Shown here: piece by piece, positions 1 through 10,232 of the stretch
Position numbering within the stretch: the first letter of the stretch is position 1
Layout of the letters: the number at the start of each line of letters is the position of its first letter
Source of the DNA: Savitreella phatthalungensis
Lineage: Eukaryota
DNA: 64,000 bases
NCBI GenBank assembly: GCA_051599415.1
Contig: AP039696.1
Span: 62,001-126,000 of the forward strand
Reading direction: 5' to 3'
The notes under the pieces: model-generated
The model's input: the letters and a program-made list of their open reading frames with translations, nothing else
What the model was told of the DNA's origin: nothing
Database searches by the model: none
Position numbers and translations under genes: made by a program

Positions 1-611
1 CTCATGAGAATGCCACAAGTCATGCGGTGATGTTCAACACATATATGTTACAGCTCTCTCTTCATTGTGAGATCGCAATCCCCAATGCACTCCGCTCATC
101 AATCTTCGAGTACCAGTTGTCATTGCAACGCTTGCACCGAGGTTCACGAGGGTATGCAGGAGGATCTGGTAAGCAGCTTACAAGACTTCGGCTCTAATCT
201 GACTTCGTTTGTCAAATCAAATGCAATGATTCTACAATTTATTTCTGTCGTCTGTATGCTGACGTGAGTGCGATCGAGAAAGGCCTACCGTCTGACGTTC
301 GCATTCTCAAACATGTTCGGAACTACTTCATCTTGCAGTGTTGCATGTGACAGGATGACTGGATGAACCAGTTGGCGGAGCAGTGTGAGGGAGGAGTGGT
401 TGAACGTGCGAGGGGCGACTATTGAATTGACTCATGCTCTAGTCCCACCCTGACATGGACTATTTCATCAATGGAAATCGCGCCAGGGCTGATCGAGTGA
501 TAACAAGCCCGATCAGAGTTTTAGTGCTGTATCTGTATCAGGTCAAATACTATACCGATCTGTGGCAATCAGCCATTTGTCTGCTATAAATGAGCCTTGT
601 GTTGATGGATA

Positions 612-651
612 TATGCATATGCTATATAATTTATGCATATGCTATATAATT
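612..651. repeat. Perfect 20-bp tandem duplication (TATGCATATGCTATATAATT)x2 containing TATA-like elements
   Basis: Identical units at 612-631 and 632-651, read directly. Confidence 0.9.
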
Positions 652-1151
652 TCGATTGAATGCAGATCGAACGCCCATACTTACTTCATCTAATTTGACT
701 GGCTGGATTTCGCTTCCAATTCTTATCATCTATTATCCTTTCCTAGAAACCTCTGTCGCTAGCCTTCTTCCATAGAATTCATGATATATCCGTTCCTCGC
801 TACTTTAATCGGTGGCCTGAAATGATGGCGGTCAACGGTCGAACGTGATCGAATGAGTGATCAATCACGGTAATTGTTAACAGTATCGTTCGAGCTCTGA
901 ACCATATGGACAATAACTCTACCGTGCACGGGATTCTGGCCAAGCACGGCAGAGAGTAAAGCAGGTTGCCAAGAAAGCGCCCACTGCCCTGCCCAGTCCA
1001 GTCACTTCACCAAGGTGACGTCCTCAAGCCTTAAGGAAGCTACGACAACTCTTAATTGTCGAGGAAGAATACACTGTGGAAGTCCAGCTTCCAGAGAGTG
1101 ACTGAGGCTTGACCTGAGCACCACCATCACCACGCCTGAACTAGGATTGTC

Positions 1152-2099
1152 ATGACAGGCGGGCTTGTGCAAAGCTATAGCGATTCGCCGCTGCGGCCGC
1201 CTACACAAGCAGGCCCAGCGCATGAAGCTTCATCATCTCAGGCACCACAGCAACAGTTGACAGGCACGGCCGAGGCAGCAAGACCTGCGCAAGCTCCTCC
1301 AACCTCCGCTGTTGCCAATGTATCCTCAGCCAAGAACGACTCTATCAGCAACAACCCATACACACCAGCATCAGCACCTGTAGGCCATGCATATAGCGGT
1401 GCATCTGGCCATGCGTCGATTGCGATTAACGGTGCTCTACCGAACGCTGCCGCTCCACAGATCCCCGGGCAACCATACGACCCGGTCGGGCAAGGACTCT
1501 CTAACCACTTTTCAACACCCCCGAAAGCTGATACAGGCCTACCGCCTCCACCGCCACGCTCTGGATCGAGGCCATCGACACCGAGTCGTGCAACCTCTTC
1601 CGTCAGCGGCAAATACGTCGCCGACCCGAGCATTTCTGGCAGTAACGCAGATATGTATGGGCACGCAATACCGGTGCAGCAGCAATCGCAGCCTGCTTAC
1701 GGCGGATATGATGCTCAGCAGGCATACGGTCAGCAGGCAGCATACGGCCAGCCTCAGGCGTACGGCCAAGCGCAGGCATATGGCCAGGTGCAGGCTACAG
1801 GAGGTGCTAACCTGATCTCTCCGGCCGGGTACGCTCAAAATCCATTGGCGACTGGTCACACGTCTTCTGGCGGGCGCGATACGCCTGGAACTGCCGGGTA
1901 CGGCGGTACCGGTGGTGGCGGGCTATCGGCCGTGGATGGTTTCAACGAAGTGCTCGGAGGAGACAAGACTGCAACCGAATACGCCAAGGAAGTCTACTCA
2001 TCCGCATCGAAAACCGCATCGAAATATGCCGGGGCCGCTGGCGAGACCTTGAACGGCCTAGGCAAAAATCTTTCTGGTTGGTGGGCTGGGGACAAGTAA
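1152..2099 (+). CDS. Uncharacterised Pro/Gln/Gly/Tyr-rich low-complexity protein (315 aa) with AYGQ repeats
   Basis: ATG-initiated 315-aa ORF with QQAYGQQAAYGQPQAYGQAQAYGQ repeats, PPPPP and a helical-looking C-terminus ending GWWAGDK. No family recognised. Confidence 0.75.
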   Translation: MTGGLVQSYSDSPLRPPTQAGPAHEASSSQAPQQQLTGTAEAARPAQAPPTSAVANVSSAKNDSISNNPYTPASAPVGHAYSGASGHASIAINGALPNAAAPQIPGQPYDPVGQGLSNHFSTPPKADTGLPPPPPRSGSRPSTPSRATSSVSGKYVADPSISGSNADMYGHAIPVQQQSQPAYGGYDAQQAYGQQAAYGQPQAYGQAQAYGQVQATGGANLISPAGYAQNPLATGHTSSGGRDTPGTAGYGGTGGGGLSAVDGFNEVLGGDKTATEYAKEVYSSASKTASKYAGAAGETLNGLGKNLSGWWAGDK

Positions 2100-2190
2100 G
2101 AGTCACACAGCACGCGGTGCTAAGAAGGTTGCTTTGAGTAAGGATATTTGTGTATTGTTACAATGTCATCTGGCGATGTCTTGCTTCCGA

Positions 2191-3675
2191 TCACGACCAG
2201 ACCTGCTTGATCCAGAGCTGCATATCGCAGGCTTTGCGGACGATCGCCGTCGCCCAAGGGTGCTCAAGCATTCTTGCTGGGGGTGGTCGCCTGTTGCCAT
2301 CGCGCTCGCCGCACACTTTGAGAAAATGTCGGAATGAGTCGGACCACTTGACTCCCAATGCAGGCTCATCCAAGAGAAGAGGAGGTTCAGCTGCCGCACA
2401 AATCTGGTAGAGTAATTCGATCGGAGTAGCCGTTGTGTCGTAGGGAAATTTGTTCATGGCGACTTCCATTAGAGTCACACCTAGGGACCAGACGTCTGCG
2501 GTGACGGTATAGGATTGTCCACGGATACGCTCTGGAGCCATGTAGAACGACGTTCCAGTAAAAGTTCCAGCGAGCGAGTTGACGAGTTCTCCGGAAACTC
2601 CGAAATCGCAGAGCTTGACGCCGCCGGAGCGTGATAGAAGAATGTTGGAAGGCTTGATATCACGATGGATGATCTTGCGCGAGTGCAGGTAGGTCAGTCC
2701 TTCTAGCACCCCATTGGCAATTCGTCCAAGTACTCGTTCACTGACCCGGCCATTTCGCGACTGGACCCGTCGATGAATGGCGTCGAGGGAGCCGCCTTCG
2801 CACAACTCCATCGCGATGTGAATCACGCCTGCGCGCTCGTCCAACCACGCGCCATAGTACTCTGCGATGTATGGCGAAGAGCATTGACGGTTGAAGGACA
2901 GCTCGCGCAGCAGCTGCTTCTGCTGCTGGGGATCTGGGTCGGCGGGTATTGATTTGATTGCAAAAACTTGCGCCGAAGAGTCCGCGCTCTCGCGTCGCGA
3001 GGCCAGATTGAGACTGTCGGTAGAAGATGTCGGAGTGATCGCGCCGGCAGACAAGACGTTGGATGGCGTCGATGCTGTCGATGAGCGCAACCGACACCTC
3101 CAGACCGCTCCGCCAGCGCCTTCGCCTAGTCTTGTTACAAACTCGACATCATTAGCCGCGAATGCAGCGCGCCATGCATCTTCGTCCATCGAATGGACAT
3201 CGCCATCGTTATTGTGAGCCTGTCCGCTGGTGGTCGAGATTGACCTTGTGGATCCAGAAAGGGAAATGGACGGACGCGGAGTGACTGTGGCCCCATCTGG
3301 CGCCACGGTCAAGGTCGGTGGTACCTCAGTCTGGGGACTTTGATTAATGTTGTCAGCTCGCGGCGGGTCGATATCACTACCGAGAGCACGCATGAGGTCA
3401 TCCTTGAAGCTGGTGGTGGAGGAGAGCACTCCGCCGGGAGCTTGAGTATCGTCGCTGCCGCTACTAAGACCCATGTCAAGCTTATTCAGGCTGGGGACTT
3501 GCAAATGAGCTGGTCGACTGGATTTGATCGCCGTAGCTGCAGCTGGTACAGTTGTATCTGCCTGGGGCTCACCGACAGGAACTGGACTTGCATTGGCTGG
3601 GATAGCGAGTGTTGGCAAGGAAGGTGTACCTTTCCGGGGTGTTCCACGCCCTGGTGGACGGAGAGAAGGGTACAT
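2191..3675 (-). CDS. pek1: MAP kinase kinase of the cell-wall-integrity pathway (Pek1/Mkk1 family)
   Basis: Kinase motifs LGEGAGGAV, FAIK, HRDIKPSN, DFG; activation loop VNSLAGTFTGTSFYMAPERI typical of Pek1/Mkk1/2; N-terminal basic-LxI docking-like segment. Confidence 0.93.
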   Translation of the reverse strand: MYPSLRPPGRGTPRKGTPSLPTLAIPANASPVPVGEPQADTTVPAAATAIKSSRPAHLQVPSLNKLDMGLSSGSDDTQAPGGVLSSTTSFKDDLMRALGSDIDPPRADNINQSPQTEVPPTLTVAPDGATVTPRPSISLSGSTRSISTTSGQAHNNDGDVHSMDEDAWRAAFAANDVEFVTRLGEGAGGAVWRCRLRSSTASTPSNVLSAGAITPTSSTDSLNLASRRESADSSAQVFAIKSIPADPDPQQQKQLLRELSFNRQCSSPYIAEYYGAWLDERAGVIHIAMELCEGGSLDAIHRRVQSRNGRVSERVLGRIANGVLEGLTYLHSRKIIHRDIKPSNILLSRSGGVKLCDFGVSGELVNSLAGTFTGTSFYMAPERIRGQSYTVTADVWSLGVTLMEVAMNKFPYDTTATPIELLYQICAAAEPPLLLDEPALGVKWSDSFRHFLKVCGERDGNRRPPPARMLEHPWATAIVRKACDMQLWIKQVWS

Positions 3676-3951
3676 TTGAGCGTGTCACACTGTGCCGCCG
3701 CCGCCAATCCTGTTGCAGCCTCACGGGTTTTTCTTGACTGACCTATTTGACTGACTGACTATATGGGATCAAACACTGTACTCCTGGAGCCAAGTCTGGA
3801 AGCTCATTTCATTCGAGTCATCTGTGAAGTGTAAGAAGATCATCGAAGATGGTTTGGAAGATGATCTGCTTTACCCAGAGACAGGCGGCTGGTGTTGGGT
3901 GCTTATGACTTGTTGTGTACTTGCTGCGGTCAGTGGACCCCTGTGATGAGC

Positions 3952-3974
3952 TGCTTGCTTGCTTGCTTGCTTGC
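3952..3974. repeat. (TGCT)n microsatellite
   Basis: tgcttgcttgcttgcttgcttgc read directly. Confidence 0.85.
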
Positions 3975-4803
3975 ATCTGTGTCCTGTACACGCTTTCAAT
4001 CTGTTACATCATATATGCACGATTATTCGTGTGCATGATACTGTTTGTGATCACCCAAGAGTCTGTACTGCAGGTCAGTATTCGATAGTAGATTGCACGT
4101 GCTGGCCGCGAAATCTGCTGAAATGATCTCGAGCTCCATAAGAGCGGTAGATACCTAGAGTACATATATAGATGATGGTATAAAGGTACATTCTATGTAT
4201 ACTACTTACTGCAGTGCACATGCTTGCGCATAAGAAATCCATGTTTTTATCTTTCCTTCATCACAACATCTTCCACAACACTAGATTTGGTTCCAAGTGT
4301 TGTGATTCAATGCATGGTGAATTCTTCAAAATTATATCAGAGCTCAGTAATAAATTGATTACTTAATTGATTGCTAATTTGAAGGTGCACTCGATATCTG
4401 TACTGTGTATATATCTACGTACTCTGTGGACTCAAGCTGAACACCTGCAAGTACGTTTAGATAGCAGCTGAACGATGGATGCATCGATCGTGCACGGAAT
4501 CGCGCATATGTGATATCCATGGAGTATGCACGATCGATCAATCATACGAACGTTCATGGATGATCGACTAATAGCGATAGTGATTGATTGATTGATCGAT
4601 CGAGGGTTGACGTTCAAAGCAAGTGCCAGTGACAGTATCAGCGTGTGTCTGGGCGTCTGTCTTCATACACTCCCTTTCCAAGCAAGTGCTTGTAGGGTTT
4701 CCGCTCGTGACCTTTTTGAGATTCGTCAGGTCTTTGTCTGCACAAGCATCAGCATCTGGTTGCGGATAAGAGTCCTACGCGAAAGGCTTCAAAGACAGCA
4801 GCC

Positions 4804-6219
4804 ATGAGCGATGACGATGATTTCATGCAAGACAGTGATGCAGACGACGAGCAGTATGACTTTGAGTACGAAGACGACGGCTCAGATGAGGAAGGAGGCG
4901 ATATAGATCTTGAGAATCGTTACTACAATGCAAAGGCTCTCAAGGAAGACGATCCAAAGGCTGCCATTGATGCATTACGAGAGGTCGTCGTCGCGGAAGG
5001 TGGTCATGAAGCCGAGGAGAATAAAGGCGATTGGGGTTTTAAAGCTCTCAAGCAGATGACCAAGCTCGCATTCCACAGATTGGACGACAAACAGCTCTGT
5101 CTGCGTTTCTACAAGGAGCTGTTGACATACACAAAAACGGCTGTGACGCGTAACTACTCCGAGAAGTCTCTCAACAACATCCTCGATTATGTCTCAACAT
5201 CTAATGATTTGCATTTCATGGAGCTCTTCTACTCGACGACGCTTTCAAACCTTGCTGAAGCAAAGAACGACAGGCTTTGGCTAAAGACGAATCTCAAGCT
5301 CGCGAAACTCTGGCTGGATCGTCGTGAGTTCGACAAGCTATCGGCCATCATCCGTGAGATGCACGAATCGCTAGAACAGGCTGGCGCGAAGGCCGCCGAG
5401 GACGCGGCAGCGGCATCACTGCCGCCTGGTTCGGGCGGCGGACCGTCATCTGGTCGAGAGGCTTCTTTGCTAGAGATCTATGCTCTCGAGATCCAGATGT
5501 ACACTGAGATGAAGGATAATAAGCAGCTCCGCGAGCTATACGATCGCACGCTCAGAGTCAAATCGTCCATCACTCATCCACGCACGATGGCCGTCATCCG
5601 CGAGTGCGGGGGAAAAATGCATATGTACGATGGAGTCTGGAAAGATGCGCAACAAGAATTTTTCGAAGCTTTCCGGAGTTACGACGAGGCCGGATCCTTG
5701 GAGAGATTGCGAGTGCTCAAGTATCTCGTCCTTGCAAACATGCTCGCTCAGTCGGAAATCAACCCATTCGACTCGCAGGAGACGAAACCCTATCGTGATG
5801 ACCCGCAGATCACGCCAATGACAACCCTCGTCGAAGCCTACCAGCGTAACGACATCGCAGCAGTCGAGCAAGTCCTTCGCGAGCGCAATGCTGAGATCAT
5901 GGGAGATCTTTTCATTGCTCAGTATGTCAACGATATCCTGAAGAATATTCGGACGTCTGTCCTGAAGCGCGTCATCTCACCTTACACCCGGGTCAAGGTC
6001 GCCTATCTTGCGCAGGAGCTCGGCGTGTCGACAGACGAGGTCACAGCTCTGTGCGTGGAATTGATTCTCGATGGCCAGGTGAGCGGCAGGATTGATGCCG
6101 TTGCTGCAGTTCTGGAACTGCAGTCCGTGCGACCGACAGCCAGACATGAGCTCGTGACAAGCAAGCTGCAGTCCGGATGCGAAGCTCTGCTCAGACAAAT
6201 GACTGCCAGACTCGTGTAA
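4804..6219 (+). CDS. csn2: COP9 signalosome subunit 2 (PCI domain)
   Basis: Acidic N-terminus YDFEYEDD, LENRYYNAK, WGFKALKQM, VTRNYSEKS, LEIYALEIQMYT, IRECGGKMHM, INPFDSQETKPY. Confidence 0.96.
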   Translation: MSDDDDFMQDSDADDEQYDFEYEDDGSDEEGGDIDLENRYYNAKALKEDDPKAAIDALREVVVAEGGHEAEENKGDWGFKALKQMTKLAFHRLDDKQLCLRFYKELLTYTKTAVTRNYSEKSLNNILDYVSTSNDLHFMELFYSTTLSNLAEAKNDRLWLKTNLKLAKLWLDRREFDKLSAIIREMHESLEQAGAKAAEDAAAASLPPGSGGGPSSGREASLLEIYALEIQMYTEMKDNKQLRELYDRTLRVKSSITHPRTMAVIRECGGKMHMYDGVWKDAQQEFFEAFRSYDEAGSLERLRVLKYLVLANMLAQSEINPFDSQETKPYRDDPQITPMTTLVEAYQRNDIAAVEQVLRERNAEIMGDLFIAQYVNDILKNIRTSVLKRVISPYTRVKVAYLAQELGVSTDEVTALCVELILDGQVSGRIDAVAAVLELQSVRPTARHELVTSKLQSGCEALLRQMTARLV

Positions 6220-6333
6220 ATCGAGTAACCTGTGTTGCTCCATTTATTATGATGAGTCGTAGCTTCCAATGATGACTTGATGATGAAGATCAAGATGACT
6301 ATTGTATTGTCAGCAGACACTATTGAGCCCTTC

Positions 6334-9300
6334 TCACCTGATCAGCATGTCTTTCGCGAGGCAGCGACAATCGCAGTCCGATACCGGGCAGACGTCATGC
6401 GCAGCGAACCATTGATCCGCATGATGTGTATGAAGTCCATGCCGACAAGATAAACAGAAATTGAACCAACCAGAGTCGGACGCCAATGGCGATCGTCCGG
6501 AATTTGTAGCTAGTCCGATACCTCCTGGCTGACTAGAAGTGGCCTTTGTCGTTGCTAACGACGTGGCTGATGCACGATTGGCGGCAGCATAGTCGGATGG
6601 ACCACCGAGTGGTAAAAGGCAGAGGGCACACCTCGGCAGAGCCCTGCGACAGCTCGGACACGCCGTCGCCTTTGGAGGTAGACTTTGGGCACTGCCGGTT
6701 CGGTTACTGGCATGATGATGCTGTTGTTGCAGCTGCTGTTCTTCGTGAGAAGACGCTGGGCGATGCACGACGCTGGCACCGCAGTGTGTGCATCGCACGA
6801 AGACCTGTCGATCGAGCCTGCTGGCTGAAGTATTACTGTTCCCGTACTTGCCAGCCACGGCAATGCTCCGGATCTTGCGACGATCCTGATCGAACCGGCA
6901 GCGAGCATGGAACATACCCCATCGATTAAGCAGCAATCGATACTCTGAGATCCACTGCTCGACACACCGAATCTCGTGCGAAGATCCCACGCTCGGTCTC
7001 CTGCCGGCTCCGTCGCCCTGCCTTCCGTCATGTCCGAGTCCACGATCAAACACGCCAGAGAAATTGGAAAAGGACGCGACGAGAGCGACAGTCTGGACGT
7101 CGGCGGTCCTGTCAAGATAGCGCTGGAGTAGCTCGGTCGATCTCGAGATGCCCGTTAGAAGAAGGCCTTCCAGATTACCTTCTGCATGCTCGACCTTGGA
7201 CATATCGCGGAGAACGGCAGCAAGGTCATCGTCGCGGAGATAGCTGATGGCCGTTGCAAGTCGTTCCTTGAGAGAGAGCCCTTGCTCGTCGAGGACATCG
7301 CGCCAGTCGCCATTTGACACAAAAGCAAAAAGAGCGCGGATATAAGGGCTGTCAAGCTCAATGGCCAGTCGCTTTGTCTGTTCCTTCCACAGGCCAAGTT
7401 GAGCGTCGGATTCTGCACCGAGGTAGCCGGCTAGGGCGGCTGCCATGATACGATACGTGGACGGGCCTTGTGCCAACACGTTGACTGCGCCTTGGACATC
7501 GCCATAACCGACCAGTGTATAGAACGCCGCTTTGTCGAGCTTACCCATAGCAACGTAGGGCTTGATGTCTGTTGACCAGCCAATGACTGTCAAGGCCAGC
7601 TTGCGCCGATATGCTGAGTCGGAGTTATCCTTCGTGTTCGTGCCGAAGTTGTCGGCAACGTTGCGGATGGCCTGCTTGAGCTTGTCAGCTGAGGCATTAC
7701 TCTTTGCATTCTTGGCGCTCGAGTCCTCGATGCCTTGAAGGATATTCAATGCCCCCTCGAACGCGAATATATAGTCGCCACTGTGCAACTTGTCTCGATA
7801 CGTCGAGCTGTGAGCAATCCATTTCCACATTGTTTGGAGCCCTCGGTCAACAACAAGCTCGCTATTGCGCTGTGCATCCATGCCATAAGCCAAGCGTGCC
7901 CTCTTGTACATCGTAGTCGCAATGTCGTTGCTTATAGCACCACGGAGAGATCGCATGCCGGTTTCGTGGACGGTATGAACAGAGCTCCGATCGCCCTGAA
8001 GTCCCCCATCATTGGCAGTATCGCTGTATTCGGAGCGCAAGTAGGGATGACCAAGTCGAAAGGAGTCGCTGTCCGTCGCAAGTGAGGACACGGACTCATC
8101 AGGAGCAACGTCTAGATCCATGTCCGTTTGACCCACACCACGGACGCCACTCGATAGATGGTCGTCGACTTCACGAAGTGATGACATCTGACAGAATGCT
8201 TCGCCTTGGTGCAGGGCAAAGACGTCGCCCCGGCCGCCTAGCAGAACGGTAGGCGGCACTGTCCTCACTATGCGTCGTTGGAAATCATGTGTAGATGACA
8301 GAGTCTGTAGATCCCATGCAGAAGCACCGCCAAAGTCGAATGAGATCACTTTGGCCTCCACGCGATCAAGCTTCTGTACAGCGAGAGACATGTCAACGCG
8401 AGCGCCACGCAGCGTTTTGACAGCAGAACTTGATGCCGTTGTCGTCGAGCCAGCGGCGGTGCTGGTCGTGGTCGCATTTTGGCTCGAGCCCGATGGAGTT
8501 TCTCCCAGATGCCACAGGTCTAAACCATTGTCCGTAAGGGCTGCAAGGTGCAAACGCTGATTCGGTGAGAAAGCCAGCTCCTTCACACGCTTCGAGCTAG
8601 TGAGAGTCAAATCAGCAGTATTGGTAGATGAACGCCTATCCCAGAGGCATACTTGGTCACCAAAGCTTGATGCAAAGTAGGTCGGATCACAAACATCAAC
8701 CGCGAGCGTGCCAACAAGCTTTGTTGGGATTGACACGGCCGTGCCGTCGCGTGGATCTGCTCTTGTGTCGAACAGCCTGAGCCAACGATAGTTGACACCT
8801 GCAAGCAGAAGGTGGGGTGCATCTGGAAACCAGACGCACGACGAGACGCCCTCCGAGTTCGCGAACTGAGAAATGATCTGCTGCGTTGCCAGATCATATA
8901 CAAGAAGGGATGCATCATGGCGCACCTTGTCCAAACCAACAGCGAGCTGCCCGATGCGATTGATTCGCACGTCCGTGCAATTTCTCTGCTGTCGAAGGGA
9001 CGCACGCCATGCCTGTTGTCCGTCCTGGCGAGCCTCTGACGTAGCTTGCCAAGGATTGATAACTTCTACTGTACCAGTAGTGAAGCCCGCTGCAATGACT
9101 GGCCTGTCGTCCGATGGCTCCCAACAAGCCGAGGAAAGATTGGCGTCGAAGGAGAAGCTGCGTAGTAGACTTGGCGTCTCTTTCAAGTCTGGTCCTTGGC
9201 CCGTCCGTGCCGACTCATTCAGGCTGTACACCTTTAGAGTTGTGTCCCTTGTAGCCAGGCAGTGCGTCCGCTTCTGCGCAACGCGAAGCATGCCTGGCGC

Positions 9301-9363
9301 CCCTGACCGACCAGATTCCCCTTGCAGATCAGTCTTTACATGAGAGCCGGTGAGCATAGGCAC
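6334..9363 (-). CDS. sea4: GATOR2/SEACAT subunit Sea4/MIOS (WD40 propeller, alpha-solenoid, C-terminal Zn-finger/RING)
   Basis: LAVGLDKVRHDASLLVYD WD40 region, EGNLEGLLLTG, YLDRTADVQT, LPRCALC, WFNFCLSCRHGLH..H...WF..HDVCPVSDCDCRC. Start uncertain: in-frame ATG at 9357, or ATG 9397 via a possible weak 43-nt intron 9363-9321. Confidence 0.92.
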   Translation of the reverse strand: MPMLTGSHVKTDLQGESGRSGAPGMLRVAQKRTHCLATRDTTLKVYSLNESARTGQGPDLKETPSLLRSFSFDANLSSACWEPSDDRPVIAAGFTTGTVEVINPWQATSEARQDGQQAWRASLRQQRNCTDVRINRIGQLAVGLDKVRHDASLLVYDLATQQIISQFANSEGVSSCVWFPDAPHLLLAGVNYRWLRLFDTRADPRDGTAVSIPTKLVGTLAVDVCDPTYFASSFGDQVCLWDRRSSTNTADLTLTSSKRVKELAFSPNQRLHLAALTDNGLDLWHLGETPSGSSQNATTTSTAAGSTTTASSSAVKTLRGARVDMSLAVQKLDRVEAKVISFDFGGASAWDLQTLSSTHDFQRRIVRTVPPTVLLGGRGDVFALHQGEAFCQMSSLREVDDHLSSGVRGVGQTDMDLDVAPDESVSSLATDSDSFRLGHPYLRSEYSDTANDGGLQGDRSSVHTVHETGMRSLRGAISNDIATTMYKRARLAYGMDAQRNSELVVDRGLQTMWKWIAHSSTYRDKLHSGDYIFAFEGALNILQGIEDSSAKNAKSNASADKLKQAIRNVADNFGTNTKDNSDSAYRRKLALTVIGWSTDIKPYVAMGKLDKAAFYTLVGYGDVQGAVNVLAQGPSTYRIMAAALAGYLGAESDAQLGLWKEQTKRLAIELDSPYIRALFAFVSNGDWRDVLDEQGLSLKERLATAISYLRDDDLAAVLRDMSKVEHAEGNLEGLLLTGISRSTELLQRYLDRTADVQTVALVASFSNFSGVFDRGLGHDGRQGDGAGRRPSVGSSHEIRCVEQWISEYRLLLNRWGMFHARCRFDQDRRKIRSIAVAGKYGNSNTSASRLDRQVFVRCTHCGASVVHRPASSHEEQQLQQQHHHASNRTGSAQSLPPKATACPSCRRALPRCALCLLPLGGPSDYAAANRASATSLATTKATSSQPGGIGLATNSGRSPLASDSGWFNFCLSCRHGLHTHHADQWFAAHDVCPVSDCDCRCLAKDMLIR

Positions 9364-9700
9364 TCGACAGGCATGCGCGTGAGAGCGTCCATGGCATTGT
9401 CACCATAATCGACGGTACACGGTTACTCCACAATTGCTCGATCATTATTCAAACAGAATTCACTCAGATAGAGATTGATCTTTGAGCTTCATGTCAGTAA
9501 GTGACTCGAGTCAAGTCAGCCTGCTGAACGAGGCCACGTAGTAACGCTGGCGCTGAGCAAGTTTCTGACACGCCCGAGTCCACGTACATTTGCACCGTCA
9601 CGCTCAAATGCGAATGACAGTCACGGAGCGTCTCTAGCTGAACCTTCGGATCGTGCGCTTGCTACGTCACCCGTTGACTGTTTGCCCGAGGTAGTGGACG

Positions 9701-10156
9701 ATGACAAGGAGAAGAAGAGACGGCGCCACGCTTCTCAGCGACTCGTCGAGTGAAGACTTCTACTCGCGATCAAGCTTGACTGCACGTGTCACTCAGCAGA
9801 CCTCGCCTGGCGATCAGAAAGTTAGAGGTGCAAGCGGCTTCTACATTGCCGATGAGACTGCATCCGTTACAGAGGGCAATACCGGGCTTGGAGCAGAAGA
9901 AGACGTTTCACGTTATGGCTGGATGCTTCTCGCTTTGACTGGCACAATCTTCACCGTGGGTCTGGCCGGAGTGCTCGGAGTCTTTGACTCTCTGCTAGTT
10001 GACCCCAGAAGTGCAGCAGTAGAAGCTGGACTGCGGGAACAGAGTATCAGCAAGCTCTTTTGCTTTCTCGGACTCCTGCCCATGTCTGGCTTCGTTTGGA
10101 CGTTAGCCAACTGGCTCGGTCTCAAACTGTTCCGCATGACGTCCAGTAAGGTTTGA
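9701..10156 (+). CDS. PIG-Y-family small membrane subunit of GPI-GlcNAc transferase
   Basis: Two hydrophobic segments and C-terminal ANWLGLKLFR, matching the PIG-Y signature (W-x-G-x-K-x-F-R). Confidence 0.72.
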   Translation: MTRRRRDGATLLSDSSSEDFYSRSSLTARVTQQTSPGDQKVRGASGFYIADETASVTEGNTGLGAEEDVSRYGWMLLALTGTIFTVGLAGVLGVFDSLLVDPRSAAVEAGLREQSISKLFCFLGLLPMSGFVWTLANWLGLKLFRMTSSKV

Positions 10157-10232
10157 TGCACTTGTTGTCGGAGGATGGAGCATTGCTATATCACGTCAGC
10201 ACCAGCGGCGCTTGGGAAAAAGCAAGGGATCC

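Noticed and set aside
67..310. 66-codon ORF with intron-like signals (GTAAGC at 169, CTGAC motifs)
   Set aside because: No coherent spliced reading frame or recognisable protein could be assembled; window edge limits context.
6249..6345. Multiple ATGATGA/TTGATGA box-C-like motifs suggesting a C/D snoRNA
   Set aside because: No terminal stem or well-placed D box within the 114-bp gap; better explained as a TGA/UCAU-rich 3' UTR.
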